NCBI GenBank assembly: GCA_026706935.1
Contig: JAPOXV010000026.1
Coordinates: forward strand, 27,721 to 91,720
Direction of reading: 5' to 3'
Source of the DNA: Gammaproteobacteria bacterium
Lineage (GTDB): Bacteria; Pseudomonadota; Gammaproteobacteria; Pseudomonadales; Azotimanducaceae
Length of the DNA: 64,000 nt
Shown here: positions 8,604 through 20,077 of the stretch, in pieces
How the letters are laid out: every line of letters begins with the position of its first letter
Position numbering within the stretch: position 1 is the stretch's first letter
The notes under the pieces: model-generated
Database searches by the model: none
The model's input: only the letters and a program-made list of their open reading frames with translations
What the model was told of the DNA's origin: nothing
Program-made: the position numbers and the translations under genes

Positions 8604-9347
8604 CTAACTCTTTACGGCCTCGCAAATCTCGTTGAATTCATCGACATCTAATGATGCACCACCTACTAGAAAGCCGTCGATGTCATTTTGAACAATCAAT
8701 TCCGCCGCGTTCGAAGCTTTCACGCTCCCGCCGTAAAGGATTCGCAATTCTTCGCGTTCACCGGAATCCCTCCTGTCAACATGATCTCGAATTAGACCTT
8801 GCATCTCTTGGGCTATCTCCGCTGTCGCAGCCTTGCCCGTCCCAATAGCCCAAACGGGTTCATAGGCAATCACTTTGTGTGAGTAATCTGGACAATCCCA
8901 AGCCTCCTCGACAGCGTTTAACTGTCGTTGTACCGCTTCAAAAGCCGAATCAGACTCTCTTTCCTCCAACGTCTCTCCCACACACAACACTGGCATCAAC
9001 CCAGCGTCAGCTATGCTCTTGAATTTCCGTGCGACAACTGTATCTGAATCTCCAAACATGGCTCGTCGCTCTGAGTGACCGACTAAAGCCAACTGACCAC
9101 CCAGGTTCTTGACCATCCTGGCGGAAATCTCGCCCGTGAATGCGCCTTCTGGTTCACACCAAACGTTCTGCGCACCAATCGCGATATCGCTTTCTCGAAA
9201 TGAATCCACCAACGACCTCAAGTGTAACGCGGTAGGGAAAATCCATACATCTGAAGCTTCAGGTCGCACCAATTCACAGCTGAAGTGCTCGCATAACTCG
9301 AGGGAGCCATTCATTTTCCAATTCGCCGCAACGACGGGCTTCCGCAT
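8604..9347 (-). CDS. tpiA: Triosephosphate isomerase
   Basis: MRKPVVAANWKMNGS..., GHSERR and AYEPVWAIGTG are TIM signatures. I prefer the ATG at 9347 over the upstream GTG at 9368. Confidence 0.95.
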   Translation of the reverse strand: MRKPVVAANWKMNGSLELCEHFSCELVRPEASDVWIFPTALHLRSLVDSFRESDIAIGAQNVWCEPEGAFTGEISARMVKNLGGQLALVGHSERRAMFGDSDTVVARKFKSIADAGLMPVLCVGETLEERESDSAFEAVQRQLNAVEEAWDCPDYSHKVIAYEPVWAIGTGKAATAEIAQEMQGLIRDHVDRRDSGEREELRILYGGSVKASNAAELIVQNDIDGFLVGGASLDVDEFNEICEAVKS

Positions 9348-9425
9348 CCCTCGACCCTTTACGCTCACTGCGACACGAAACGAATTTTAGCCAGCCGAGG
9401 CTACTTGAAGGTCGCTCGATTGACG

Positions 9426-10772
9426 TCAAATCGCGGCCGAAATTGAGCTTGCCAACGTGTCCGCGAATTCATTAGCAGTAGTGGCTACTTGGTGTTCAAC
9501 CATAACTCGTATAAGCGGTTCAGTGCCTGACGCTCGAACCAATAGACGCCCCTCGGACGCGACAAGCGTCCTGAATTGCGTAATTAGCTCCTTTACTTCG
9601 GTTTTCTGAAGCGAATCGTGGGGCTTCGGCGAATGGACGTTTCGTTCCGCCTGCGGCAACATCGATACCGAGGCCACAAGCTGTCGTAACGATGATCTTT
9701 CGCGATGTATTACATCGATGACGCACAATCCAATCAGTATTCCGTCCCCCGTCTCCGCTATATCACGCCAGATCAGGTGTCCTGATGGTTCACCGCCTAG
9801 TCGCCACTGACGAGACTTTAGCTCGTCATAAACGTTTTTATCACCGACATCTGCTCTAATGAAAGGAATCCCAATCTTATCGAGGGCTATCTGAAGACCG
9901 TGATTGCTCATGATCGTACCAACCACACCGTCCTCACTTGCATCTGATGTCAAATGTCGCTTTGCCAGTAAATAAAGCACTTGATCGCCACCGACCAGAT
10001 CACCGTGATCGTCAACAAATAGCACTCGATCACCGTCGCCGTCAAAAGCTATACCAAGATCTGCTTTCAACTCCATAACTGATCGTTGGACCGCGGACAA
10101 TGATGTCGAACCGACGTCCTTGTTGATGTTCACGCCATTAGGTGCATTACCTATGAAATGAAGATCATTGCATAGATGCCCGAATATTTGTGCAGCCGTC
10201 GTAGTTGTTGCACCGTGTGCACAATCGACCACGATCCGCAACCCGTTGTGACCAATTTGAGTCGCACTGGCCGTCAGCATCTTCAGATAGGAGTCGGACG
10301 CTCGGTGGTCAGGATCTAACGCTTCTAGATCCCTCGCTGGCTTTTTACGATCGGAATTCAGCAACCACTGTTCGATCTGATGCTCGACAGGGTCGTCCAG
10401 TTTCGCACCATCCGACCCAAACAACTTGAATCCGTTGTATTCATGTGGATTGTGGGAAGCCGTTATGACGATCCCAAAATCCGCCGGACTTTCTTTTGTG
10501 CAATAAGAGATTCCAGGGGTGGGTAGAACGCCTAATGAGGCAACCTGCGCGCCACCGTCCACGAATCCATGCGCTAAATAAGTTTCTAGCTCGAGTGACG
10601 ACGCACGGGTATCCCGTCCGACGTAAACGAGTGCATTTGGCGTAAGTGCATGAGCGGCTAAGGTACGACCCAAGTGGTATGCGAAAGATGGTGTGATCGG
10701 ATCAGTTCCAACCCGACCACGAATTCCATCCGTGCCAAACAGCCTTTCGTCCGCGGTCACGGGACGACGCAT
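9426..10772 (-). CDS. glmM: Phosphoglucosamine mutase
   Basis: 448-aa ORF with FGTDGIRG, the active-site segment ITASHNP and GEPSGH. It lies between ftsH and tpiA. Confidence 0.95.
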   Translation of the reverse strand: MRRPVTADERLFGTDGIRGRVGTDPITPSFAYHLGRTLAAHALTPNALVYVGRDTRASSLELETYLAHGFVDGGAQVASLGVLPTPGISYCTKESPADFGIVITASHNPHEYNGFKLFGSDGAKLDDPVEHQIEQWLLNSDRKKPARDLEALDPDHRASDSYLKMLTASATQIGHNGLRIVVDCAHGATTTTAAQIFGHLCNDLHFIGNAPNGVNINKDVGSTSLSAVQRSVMELKADLGIAFDGDGDRVLFVDDHGDLVGGDQVLYLLAKRHLTSDASEDGVVGTIMSNHGLQIALDKIGIPFIRADVGDKNVYDELKSRQWRLGGEPSGHLIWRDIAETGDGILIGLCVIDVIHRERSSLRQLVASVSMLPQAERNVHSPKPHDSLQKTEVKELITQFRTLVASEGRLLVRASGTEPLIRVMVEHQVATTANEFADTLASSISAAI

Positions 10773-10786
10773 CGGAACCGTTTTAG

Positions 10787-12709
10787 TTACGGATCAGTCG
10801 CGGGTGGTCCAAAGGGCGGCGTTTCCGGAGAACCACCACGAATATTGGGGTCTGCATCCGGTTTAGGCTCGGGTGACGGATCGGGTTCAGGTGGAACCTC
10901 CGGCGGTCGAGGATCTTTGCCAGTCATGATGTCCTCGACTTGCTCGGGGCTTAACGTCTCATATTCGATTAGCCATTTTGCCATGGCGTGGAGTTTGTCT
11001 AAATTTGATTCGACGATCTCCTTCGCTCGTGCGTAATTACGGTCGATGATTTGACGAATCTCCTCGTCGATCTCGCGAGCCGTGTCATTCGACATCGTCG
11101 CCGACGGTGTACCAGCTGACATGCCTAGAAAGACTTCACCCTCGTTCTCGGCATACTGCAACGGTCCCATCCGCTCCGAAAATCCCCACTTCGTGACCAT
11201 GTTGCGCGCCAACTGCGTCGCGCGTTCGATATCGTTTGAAGCCCCCGTTGTCACTGAATCCGGTCCATTAATCAGCTCTTCCGCGATACGTCCACCGAAG
11301 AGTGAGCAAATTTGCGAGTCTACTGCTGATTTACTCAAGCTGTAACGATCTTCTTCCGGCAAGAATGTTGTTACACCCAATGCTCTACCACGTGGAACGA
11401 CCGTGATCTTGTAGAGTGTGTCGTGATCCGGAAGTGAATACCCTACGATCGCGTGACCTGCTTCGTGATATGCAGTGTTGCGCTTTTCTTTCTCGGACAT
11501 CACCATTGATCGGCGCTCAGCACCCATCATGATCTTGTCTTTCGCTTTCTCGAACTCAGCCATCGACACTTCAGTGCGTCCACCACGAGCGGCAAATAGC
11601 GCAGCTTCATTGACGATGTTCTCAAGGTCCGCACCTGAGAATCCAGGTGTTCCTCTTGCGATAAGGTCAGGTCTTACATCGTCAGCAACGACCACACGGC
11701 GCATGTGTACTTTGAGGATTTGTTCACGCCCTCGAATATCGGGCAATGGCACAACAACCTGCCGGTCGAATCGTCCCGGTCGCATTAACGCGGGATCCAA
11801 TACATCAGGTCTATTGGTCGCTGCGATCACGATCACACCATCGTTTGGCTGGAAGCCATCCATCTCCACGAGCAGCTGATTTAGAGTTTGTTCACGTTCG
11901 TCATGACCGTTACCCAAACCTGCACCGCGATGGCGACCGACCGCGTCGATTTCGTCGATGAAAACGATGCATGGCGCGTTGGTCTTGGCTTCCGCAAACA
12001 TGTCCCGCACACGGGATGCACCAACACCTACGAACATCTCCACGAAATCAGATCCTGAGATGCTGAAGAAAGCGACCTTTGCTTCACCTGCAATTGCTTT
12101 CGCAAGGAGCGTCTTGCCTGTTCCCGGCGCACCAACCATCAAGGTACCACGTGGAATACGTGCACCTAGTTTTTGGAATTTCGACCCATCACGCAGAAAT
12201 TCGACTAATTCCTGAACCTCTTCCTTCGCTTCATCGACCCCAGCAACGTCTGCGAACGTTGTATCGACCTCTTCCTCCGTAAGTTTGCGTGCACGGTTCT
12301 TCGCAAACTGAAGTGGTCCGCCTCGACCGCCAAGTCCCTGCATGTTTCTAAGCATGAGCGCGAACAAGCCCACTATAAACAACACGGGCAACATCGCTAA
12401 CAGTAAGTTCATCCAGAACGAGTTACCGCTATCCTCTACGCTCTGGACCTCGACACCATTCTTCAATAAATCGTCAAGAATCTGCAAATCAGGAATGCCA
12501 GTCTTGACTACCTTAAATGTCGTTCCGTCTTTCCGAGTGCCATAGAGCACCTTGTTATCTTCAACAATCGACTGAACCTTACTATCCTCAACCTCTTCGA
12601 CAAAAGACGTATAACTTATCTCTTTTGGATCAGGTGAACTTGTGAAGTTGGTGAATAAGGTCAGCGCAACGAGTCCAATGACCACCCACAAGAGCAAGTT
12701 CTTCGTCAT
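10787..12709 (-). CDS. ftsH: ATP-dependent zinc metalloprotease FtsH
   Basis: It has Walker A GAPGTGKT, the zinc site HEAGHA and the N-terminus [12 protein letters not shown], and ends in a Pro-rich C-terminal tail. The ATG at 12709 is preferred; the track ORF extends to a GTG at 12727. Confidence 0.95.
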   Translation of the reverse strand: MTKNLLLWVVIGLVALTLFTNFTSSPDPKEISYTSFVEEVEDSKVQSIVEDNKVLYGTRKDGTTFKVVKTGIPDLQILDDLLKNGVEVQSVEDSGNSFWMNLLLAMLPVLFIVGLFALMLRNMQGLGGRGGPLQFAKNRARKLTEEEVDTTFADVAGVDEAKEEVQELVEFLRDGSKFQKLGARIPRGTLMVGAPGTGKTLLAKAIAGEAKVAFFSISGSDFVEMFVGVGASRVRDMFAEAKTNAPCIVFIDEIDAVGRHRGAGLGNGHDEREQTLNQLLVEMDGFQPNDGVIVIAATNRPDVLDPALMRPGRFDRQVVVPLPDIRGREQILKVHMRRVVVADDVRPDLIARGTPGFSGADLENIVNEAALFAARGGRTEVSMAEFEKAKDKIMMGAERRSMVMSEKEKRNTAYHEAGHAIVGYSLPDHDTLYKITVVPRGRALGVTTFLPEEDRYSLSKSAVDSQICSLFGGRIAEELINGPDSVTTGASNDIERATQLARNMVTKWGFSERMGPLQYAENEGEVFLGMSAGTPSATMSNDTAREIDEEIRQIIDRNYARAKEIVESNLDKLHAMAKWLIEYETLSPEQVEDIMTGKDPRPPEVPPEPDPSPEPKPDADPNIRGGSPETPPFGPPATDP

Positions 12710-13046
12710 GCTGCTCATTGCACGCACCGTAGAATAGGTCGCATATCACCCTCAATCATAGCACAATGAATGTGCTCAAGCGCGGGATACACACTGACTT
12801 TTACCCATTTTTTAGTAATTTTCATTTCGATGAAAGCACCTTCGGATTTACTATGACATCAAAAAGCATAATAAGTTTCGCATTTTGATTTTCATAGATT
12901 TGAACATGGAGGTTTAACACATGTATCCTAGATTCAGATTTGTTGAGAGTGATCAATATAACCTAGAGTTTTTACCGTTAATATAAAACGACGTTATATA
13001 TTAACGAACATACATTCCGAACTCCAGTTCAATATATCAGTCTTAG

Positions 13047-13517
13047 TTAGATATATTCAACTTTTTCGATTTTGTATCTGATGAGTTGGTCGGACCCATC
13101 AATTTCTACCACTTCACCTTGTTCCCGTGATATCAAAGCGCGGGCGACCGGAGTGTTGATCGAGAGTTTCTGCGAAGCGATATCCGCTTCATCTTCGCCA
13201 ACGATCTGATACACGTCTCGGTTTTCGGTCTCAAGATTCACTAGAGTAACTGTCGTACCGAATACGACACGGCTACTTTTGGCCAGTCTCGTAACGTCTA
13301 TGACTTGAGCGTTCGCTAAACGCGACTTGATTTGTGCGATCTTCGCTAGCACCATGCCTTGCTTGTTCTTATTGGCATGGTAGTCAGCGTTTTCGCTTAA
13401 ATCACCATGTTTGATTGCCTCGCCAATTGCATCTGCGATTTCACTTAGCGATAACTCCAGGTTTTCAAGTTCCTTGCGCAACTGTGCTTGACCATCGATG
13501 GTCATCGGTATCTTCAC
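13047..13517 (-). CDS. greA: Transcription elongation factor GreA
   Basis: 156-aa ORF with a GreA coiled-coil N-terminus ([13 protein letters not shown]). Its start overlaps the carB stop by 4 nt. Confidence 0.95.
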   Translation of the reverse strand: MKIPMTIDGQAQLRKELENLELSLSEIADAIGEAIKHGDLSENADYHANKNKQGMVLAKIAQIKSRLANAQVIDVTRLAKSSRVVFGTTVTLVNLETENRDVYQIVGEDEADIASQKLSINTPVARALISREQGEVVEIDGSDQLIRYKIEKVEYI

Positions 13518-16500
13518 GCATTCAATCCTTCATGAAGTTCCTGTAAAGGGCGTACGTTTTCAGATTGTCCATCACGGATCGCCGCGCAGATTGCCATGCC
13601 GCCGGATAACGTTGTCGTATATGCGATCTTGTGTTTCAATGCCAGACGTCTGATGACCGCCGAATCCGCAATTGACTGACGCCCTTCCGTGGAGTTAACA
13701 ATCAATTTCACATCACGGTTTTGGATTAAATCGGAGACGTCCGGCCGACCTTCTGTCACTTTATTCACACGTTCAGTCTTAATACCTGCGCGCTCAAGGA
13801 CCTCAGCCGTTCCCCGCGTTGCAACAATATCGAAGCCTAGATCGATCAGCTCTTGACCTATTGGGATCAGAAACGGTCTATCCGATGTCTTCACGCTCAA
13901 GAATACGAGCCCCGATTGGGGTAATTCGACACCGGCCGCAAGCGAAGCCTTATAGAAAGCCTCGGAAAAGGTGTCTCCCACTCCCATAACTTCGCCGGTC
14001 GACTTCATCTCAGGTCCCAAGATCGGATCGACGCCGGGGAATTTGATGAAGGGAAAGACCGATTCCTTAACGGAAATGTGTGTAGGTCGAATCCCATTGG
14101 TAAATCCTTGACTGCGCAGTGACTGCCCTGCCATGCAGCGAGCCGCAACTTTCGCCAGCGAGGTGCCAATGCACTTCGAGACGAATGGTACGGTACGTGA
14201 CGCACGAGGGTTCACCTCAAGGACGTAGATATCGTTGTTTTGAATAGCCATCTGTACGTTCATCAAGCCGACGACATGGAGTTCTTCCGCTATCGCGACA
14301 GCCTGACGGCGAATGCCTTCCTGGATCTCTTCACTAAGGTCATGTGGTGGTAACGAGCACGCGGAATCGCCAGAATGCACGCCCGCTTGCTCAATGTGTT
14401 GCATGATCGCGCTAACGACGACTTCCTCGCCATCTGAAACGACCTCAACATCCACTTCGACGGCTTGATCTAAGAAACGATCGAGCAAAACCGGTGCGGC
14501 GTTCGACTCCGGCAAGGCGTTTTCGAGATACACGCTCAACTCGCGATCGTTGTAAACGATTTCCATGGCGCGACCTCCTAACACGAAGCTCGGTCGCACG
14601 ACGATCGGATAGCCAATCTCTGCTGCCGCACTCAGACCCTCCTCGATCGAAACGACGGTGGAGTTCTTGGGTTGTTTTAGATTAATCCGTTCGATGAGTT
14701 GCTTGAATAGTTCTCGATCTTCAGCGCGCGTAATCGCTTTCGAATCCGTTCCAATGATTTTGACACCTAGATCGGATAGTTGGTCGACCAGCTTGAGTGG
14801 CGTCTGTCCCCCAAACTGGACGATGACCCCGTCTGGTTGCTCAAGGTCGACGATAGCCATGACGTCTTCAAGGGTAACAGGTTCAAAATACAGCCGGTCA
14901 GACGTGTCATAGTCCGTTGAGACGGTCTCGGGATTACAGTTCACCATAATCGTCTCATAACCGTCTTCGCGCATTGCTAGAACTGCATGTACACAGCAAT
15001 AGTCGAATTCGATGCCCTGACCGATGCGATTAGGACCACCACCCAGCACCATGATCTTTTTCCGATCGCTGGGATCCGCTTCGCACTCCTCTTCGTAGGT
15101 CGAATAGAGGTATGCGGTTGCAGCTGAGAACTCTGCCGCACAAGTGTCAACGCGTTTGTAGACGGGCGTTACACCAGCCATCTGTCGTTCTTCACGAATC
15201 TTAAATTCGTCTTCACCAAGCAGCTCTGCGATTCGGGCGTCACTAAACCCGTCCCGCTTCAGTCGACGCCAGTAGGCTCCATCGAAGCACGCGAGCGATC
15301 GCGTAAGGACGTCGCTCTCAGTCTTAATCAGATCCTCAATCTGAGCCAAGAACCAGGGATCAATCGCGGTCATGTCATAGAGTTGACTTACGCTCATTCC
15401 ATATCGGATCGCATCGCCGATGTACTGCAACCGATCCGCGCCAGGTTGCCGAAGATTCGCCACAAGTCTTCGTTCATCATCAGCGGTCTCCACGCTTAGG
15501 ATCGAATTGAAGCCTGTCAAATTGGTTTCCGTACTTCGCAATGCTTTATGAAGCGACTCTTTGAATGTACGCCCGAACGACATCGCTTCGCCTACCGATT
15601 TCATCTGTGTCGTCAATCGATCATCGGCCTGTTCGAACTTCTCGAAGGCAAAACGAGGTAGTTTCGTGACGACGTAGTCAATCGAAGGTTCGAATGAAGC
15701 TGGAGTCGCTCCTGTGATTTCGTTATCGAGCTCGTCAAGTGTGTACCCAACCGCGAGTTTCGCCGCTACCTTGGCGATCGGAAAGCCTGTTGCCTTAGAT
15801 GCCAGTGCTGATGATCGGGACACTCGAGGGTTCATTTCGACAACGATCATCCGTTCACTCTTTGGATCAACCGCGAACTGAACGTTTGATCCGCCCGTCT
15901 CAACGCCGATTTCACGCAAAACAGCAATCGACGCGTTCCGCATGAGCTGATATTCCTTATCAGTCAGCGTCTGTGCGGGTGCAACGGTGATCGAATCGCC
16001 AGTGTGGACTCCCATTGCATCGACGTTCTCGATCGAACAGATGATGATGCAGTTGTCCTTTCGATCACGGACGACCTCCATCTCAAATTCCTTCCAACCA
16101 AGAAGGGATTCGTCAATTAGGAGTTCATTCGTTGGAGAAAGATCAAGTCCACGCGTGCATATTTCGATGAATTCGTCCTCGTTGTAGGCAATCCCGCCAC
16201 CTGACCCGCCCAGTGTGAACGAAGGACGAATAATGCACGGATAGTCAACGAGCTTCTGGACTTGTAACGCATCCTCGAGGTTATGCGCGATACCCGAACG
16301 AGCCGTTTCAAGCCCGATACTAGTCATCGCCTTGTCGAATAGCTCACGATCTTCGGCTTTATCGATTGCTTCCTTGCTGGCACCGATCATTTCGATGCCA
16401 TACCTCTCTAATACGCCTTCCCGTACTAAATCGAGTGCGCAATTTAGCGCTGTTTGCCCGCCCATCGTTGGGAGTAACGTATCAGGACGTTCTCGCTCGA

Positions 16501-16732
16501 TGATTTGAGCAACGGTACGCCACTCGACCGGTTCGATGTACGTGCGTGTCGCCATCGATGGATCGGTCATGATGGTCGCAGGATTGGAATTCACGAGGAT
16601 AACCTTGTATCCCTCTTCTTGCAGCGCTTTGCATGCCTGAGCGCCCGAATAGTCAAACTCACAGGCTTGACCAATCACAATCGGTCCTGCGCCGAGTAGC
16701 AGTACCGAATCAATATCCGTTCGTTTAGGCAT
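13514..16732 (-). CDS. carB: Carbamoyl-phosphate synthase large subunit
   Basis: 1072-aa ORF with duplicated ATP-grasp halves and an MGS-like C-terminus. The N-terminus reads [30 protein letters not shown]. Confidence 0.97.
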   Translation of the reverse strand: MPKRTDIDSVLLLGAGPIVIGQACEFDYSGAQACKALQEEGYKVILVNSNPATIMTDPSMATRTYIEPVEWRTVAQIIERERPDTLLPTMGGQTALNCALDLVREGVLERYGIEMIGASKEAIDKAEDRELFDKAMTSIGLETARSGIAHNLEDALQVQKLVDYPCIIRPSFTLGGSGGGIAYNEDEFIEICTRGLDLSPTNELLIDESLLGWKEFEMEVVRDRKDNCIIICSIENVDAMGVHTGDSITVAPAQTLTDKEYQLMRNASIAVLREIGVETGGSNVQFAVDPKSERMIVVEMNPRVSRSSALASKATGFPIAKVAAKLAVGYTLDELDNEITGATPASFEPSIDYVVTKLPRFAFEKFEQADDRLTTQMKSVGEAMSFGRTFKESLHKALRSTETNLTGFNSILSVETADDERRLVANLRQPGADRLQYIGDAIRYGMSVSQLYDMTAIDPWFLAQIEDLIKTESDVLTRSLACFDGAYWRRLKRDGFSDARIAELLGEDEFKIREERQMAGVTPVYKRVDTCAAEFSAATAYLYSTYEEECEADPSDRKKIMVLGGGPNRIGQGIEFDYCCVHAVLAMREDGYETIMVNCNPETVSTDYDTSDRLYFEPVTLEDVMAIVDLEQPDGVIVQFGGQTPLKLVDQLSDLGVKIIGTDSKAITRAEDRELFKQLIERINLKQPKNSTVVSIEEGLSAAAEIGYPIVVRPSFVLGGRAMEIVYNDRELSVYLENALPESNAAPVLLDRFLDQAVEVDVEVVSDGEEVVVSAIMQHIEQAGVHSGDSACSLPPHDLSEEIQEGIRRQAVAIAEELHVVGLMNVQMAIQNNDIYVLEVNPRASRTVPFVSKCIGTSLAKVAARCMAGQSLRSQGFTNGIRPTHISVKESVFPFIKFPGVDPILGPEMKSTGEVMGVGDTFSEAFYKASLAAGVELPQSGLVFLSVKTSDRPFLIPIGQELIDLGFDIVATRGTAEVLERAGIKTERVNKVTEGRPDVSDLIQNRDVKLIVNSTEGRQSIADSAVIRRLALKHKIAYTTTLSGGMAICAAIRDGQSENVRPLQELHEGLNA

Positions 16733-17873
16733 TAGCGCGTTGCCGGTCTGCCTGCATCAGATCGATGAAATGGTCGAATAGGAATCGACAATCCTGAGGA
16801 CCGGGACTTGCCTCAGGATGACCTTGAAAACCGAACGCTGGCACATCGGTCCTGTGTATTCCCTGCAACGTCTGATCGAATAACGAAACATGCGTCGCCC
16901 GCAGATTGTTAGGCAACGTCTCTCGATCGACTGCAAAACCGTGGTTTTGACTCGTGATGATGACCGTTTCAGATTCCAAGTCAAACACTGGATGGTTTGC
17001 GCCATGGTGGCCATACGGCATCTTGACCGTTCTTGCACCGCTCGCTAAAGCTAGCAATTGGCAACCAAGACAGATACCAAAAATCGGAATGCTCTCCTCG
17101 AGGAAGCGCTGAATCGCTTCGATTGCGTAGTCGCACGGATCGGGGTCGCCAGGACCGTTGGATAGAAAGATGCCATCCGGTTTATGTGAAAGCGCTTCTT
17201 GGGCTGGCGTTTCCGCCGGGACAACTATGACCTCACAGCCTCGATCAACCAATAACCGAAGGATGTTCCGCTTAACCCCAAAGTCGTAGGCGACGACCCG
17301 AAATGTAGTGCCCAAAGGTAGACGAAATTGTTCAACCCCACTCTCGCTATACCAACTACCTTCCTTCCAGATGCTCGTTCTTTGCTGGGTGACAACTTTG
17401 GCCAAGTCCATACCAGACAATCCTGGAAACTTCTGAGCACGACCAATCGCTTCCGATTCTGATACTACATGACCTGCGCTGATACATGCACCCATTGCGC
17501 CACATTCTCGAATGTGCCTTGTGAGCTTCCGGGTATCAATATCCGCAATCGACACGACCTGTTGCGCCGCTAGAAAGTCTGTTAACGATGCCTGTTCCCG
17601 CCAATTTGAGGATTGAAGCGGCATATCCCGAATGACGAGACCTTCCGACCAAACTTGAGTCGACTCGAAGTCAGCTTGATTTGTCCCCGTATTACCAATA
17701 TGTGGATAAGTGAGCGTCACGATCTGACGTGCGTATGAAGGGTCTGTCAGGATTTCTTGGTATCCCGTCATCGACGTGTTGAATACGACCTCACCGACCG
17801 CGTGGCCTCCCACGCCAATCGACGTACCGTGGAAGACCGTGCCGTCTGCCAACGCGAGAATCGCAGCTTCCAT
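16725..17873 (-). CDS. carA: Carbamoyl-phosphate synthase small (glutaminase) subunit
   Basis: 382-aa ORF with the class I amidotransferase motif GICLGCQ. It overlaps the carB start. Confidence 0.95.
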   Translation of the reverse strand: MEAAILALADGTVFHGTSIGVGGHAVGEVVFNTSMTGYQEILTDPSYARQIVTLTYPHIGNTGTNQADFESTQVWSEGLVIRDMPLQSSNWREQASLTDFLAAQQVVSIADIDTRKLTRHIRECGAMGACISAGHVVSESEAIGRAQKFPGLSGMDLAKVVTQQRTSIWKEGSWYSESGVEQFRLPLGTTFRVVAYDFGVKRNILRLLVDRGCEVIVVPAETPAQEALSHKPDGIFLSNGPGDPDPCDYAIEAIQRFLEESIPIFGICLGCQLLALASGARTVKMPYGHHGANHPVFDLESETVIITSQNHGFAVDRETLPNNLRATHVSLFDQTLQGIHRTDVPAFGFQGHPEASPGPQDCRFLFDHFIDLMQADRQRANA

Positions 17874-17914
17874 TAATGGTTCGCCTTGACGCTGTTAACA
17901 CATATGCACAGGTT

Positions 17915-17941
17915 AAAAAAAAGAGGAGAACACCCCTCTTT
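17915..17941 (-). terminator. Rho-independent terminator downstream of dapB
   Basis: The minus strand reads gaaagagg-ggtgttct-cctcttttttttaacc: a 7-bp stem followed by a run of T residues, 20 nt after the dapB stop. Confidence 0.7.
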
Positions 17942-17960
17942 CGATGCCAATATCAACGCT

Positions 17961-18779
17961 TCATGCTCCGAGTCCTAGGACGCTATCCATGTCGAAGAAG
18001 CCAGATTCGCCGACAGCGAGTTTGCGAGCGATAAACCTAACCGCGCGAATCGCGCCCGCGCCAAAATTGACACGGCTCTGGGCACGATGGGTAATTTCTA
18101 CCCGCTCACCAGTTCCTGCAAATACGACGGTGTGTTCGCCAACGATGTCCCCGCCTCGAGCCGAGTGAAATCCAATGGTCCCTTTTTCCCTCCGTCCCGT
18201 GTGACCGACTCTACCATGCACCTCCTTGTCGGCAAGAGCTACCTTTCGCGCATCCGCAACAACCTCACCTAAACGCACAGCAGTTCCGGACGGAGAGTCG
18301 TTCTTCAACGAATGATGAATTTCGAAAATCTCAATGTCAACATCATCGCCGAGTGCTTTGGTCGCCATTTCGACCAGCTTAAAGGTAATGTTCACACCTA
18401 TACTCATATTAGGCGACATAAGTACCGGCACGGCATCGGCCGCAGACCGCACTATCGCGAGCTGAGCGTCGGACAAGCCGGTCGTTCCGATGACAAGCCC
18501 TTTGTTCTCTTCTTTACAAGATTCAACAGCTTCAACGCATGAATCGGCATGACTGAAATCAACAAGAACATCGCAATTACGTACCGAATCAGAGATTCCC
18601 TCGATGATCGGTACGTTGATACTTCCGACTCCAGCGATTTCCCCACAGTCACGATCGATTGCACCACTACTAGAATGATCGCATGCGCTTGTTAGTTCAA
18701 GATCGTCACTTGCTGTGACAAGCTGCGTGATCGTTCGCCCCATTTGACCGGCGGCGCCACAAATGCCGACACGTGTCAC
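17961..18779 (-). CDS. dapB: 4-hydroxy-tetrahydrodipicolinate reductase
   Basis: 272-aa ORF with RVGICGAAGQMG at the N-terminus and EIHHSLKNDSPSGTA, the DapB signature. It overlaps the dnaJ stop by 4 nt. Confidence 0.93.
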   Translation of the reverse strand: MTRVGICGAAGQMGRTITQLVTASDDLELTSACDHSSSGAIDRDCGEIAGVGSINVPIIEGISDSVRNCDVLVDFSHADSCVEAVESCKEENKGLVIGTTGLSDAQLAIVRSAADAVPVLMSPNMSIGVNITFKLVEMATKALGDDVDIEIFEIHHSLKNDSPSGTAVRLGEVVADARKVALADKEVHGRVGHTGRREKGTIGFHSARGGDIVGEHTVVFAGTGERVEITHRAQSRVNFGAGAIRAVRFIARKLAVGESGFFDMDSVLGLGA

Positions 18780-19930
18780 TCAGAGTCGCCATTGTTGTTG
18801 AAATAACTCTTTAGCTTTTCAAACCAACTATCGTGCGTTGGACTGTGCTTCTCAGGTGCTTCGTCCAAAGTCTCCTGGAAGGCCTGCAAGAGCTCCTTTT
18901 GCTTCGCATTCAATGACTTCGGCGTCTCGATCACCACTTGACAGATAAGATCCCCGTGACGCTGGTCTGCGCGGATTGCTGGCATGCCTTTCCCTCGCAG
19001 TCTAAACTCGCGACCACTTTGCGTTCCTTCCGGCACCTTGATACGTAATTTACCATCCAGTGAGGGTACTTCCAGACTCGCACCAAGAGTCGCGTCTACG
19101 AAAGAGATCGGTACACGGCAATGTAAGTGTCGCCCATCTCGTTCAAAAATCGGGTGCGGCTTAATCGAGAACTGGATATAGAGATCACCGATCGGACCAC
19201 CGCGCAATCCGTCACCACCTTCGCCACGTAACTTCAGGCGCATGCCGTCGTCGATGCCCGGTGGCACAGTGACTGCAAGTGATTTTCGTTTCGGTCGACG
19301 ACCACGTCCGTTGCAGACTTGACACGGCTGCTCAATGATCTGACCTTCGCCACGGCATTGTCCGCAAGTCGATGCAACTCGTAAAAATCCTCGATTGATG
19401 GCTTGTTGCCCTGTTCCATCGCAAACGGGACACGTTATCGGTGAAGTACCTGGTTTTGCACCAGTTCCTTGACAATCCTCACAGTGACGGAGCGCATTGA
19501 CATCGATTTCTACCGTGTCCCCACGCGCCGCTTGCTCAAGCGAAATCGAAAGATCGTATTGAAGGTTCTCCCCGGGCTCACCACCATGACGTCTCGTCGA
19601 ACGCGTTCGGCCACCAAACACGCTACTAAAAATGTCGTCGAAGCCACCGAATAAATCTTCAAAACCGTGCCCGTCAAACGAGAACGCACTGGAACCAAAC
19701 TGCCCTTTTAAGCCATCCTTGCCATATTGGTCATATACGCTACGTTTTTCCTTATCCGAGAGCACTGCATATGCTTCACTGACGTTCTTGAAGTTCTCTT
19801 CATCTTCGGCGGAAGTGCCATCACTCCGATCAGGGTGATACTTCATAGCCAATCGACGATACGCCTTTTTTATATCCCCGTCGCTCGCATCGCGTTGTAC
19901 GCCAAGTACTTCGTAGTAGTCGTCAGGCAT
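18776..19930 (-). CDS. dnaJ: Molecular chaperone DnaJ
   Basis: It has a J domain with HPD (KYHPDR), a G/F-rich linker and four CxxCxGxG zinc-finger repeats. Confidence 0.97.
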   Translation of the reverse strand: MPDDYYEVLGVQRDASDGDIKKAYRRLAMKYHPDRSDGTSAEDEENFKNVSEAYAVLSDKEKRSVYDQYGKDGLKGQFGSSAFSFDGHGFEDLFGGFDDIFSSVFGGRTRSTRRHGGEPGENLQYDLSISLEQAARGDTVEIDVNALRHCEDCQGTGAKPGTSPITCPVCDGTGQQAINRGFLRVASTCGQCRGEGQIIEQPCQVCNGRGRRPKRKSLAVTVPPGIDDGMRLKLRGEGGDGLRGGPIGDLYIQFSIKPHPIFERDGRHLHCRVPISFVDATLGASLEVPSLDGKLRIKVPEGTQSGREFRLRGKGMPAIRADQRHGDLICQVVIETPKSLNAKQKELLQAFQETLDEAPEKHSPTHDSWFEKLKSYFNNNGDSE

Positions 19931-19939
19931 GGCTAGTTA

Positions 19940-19989
19940 TGCGTCGTGGATCGCGAGAAATGCGTCGTGAGCAGCGCTTGTTGCGTCGT
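19940..19989. repeat. Three phased copies of TGCGTCGT in the dnaK-dnaJ spacer
   Basis: TGCGTCGT occurs at 19940-19947, 19961-19968 and 19982-19989, exactly 21 bp apart. The first two copies extend to TGCGTCGTG. Confidence 0.6.
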
Positions 19990-20077
19990 ATCCGCTCAAT
20001 ATGAGCGAAGGACCGCCCATGGTTCGTCGAACGATCCTTCGAAATGGAATTATGCAACAGCGTTTCACCGATGGGAA

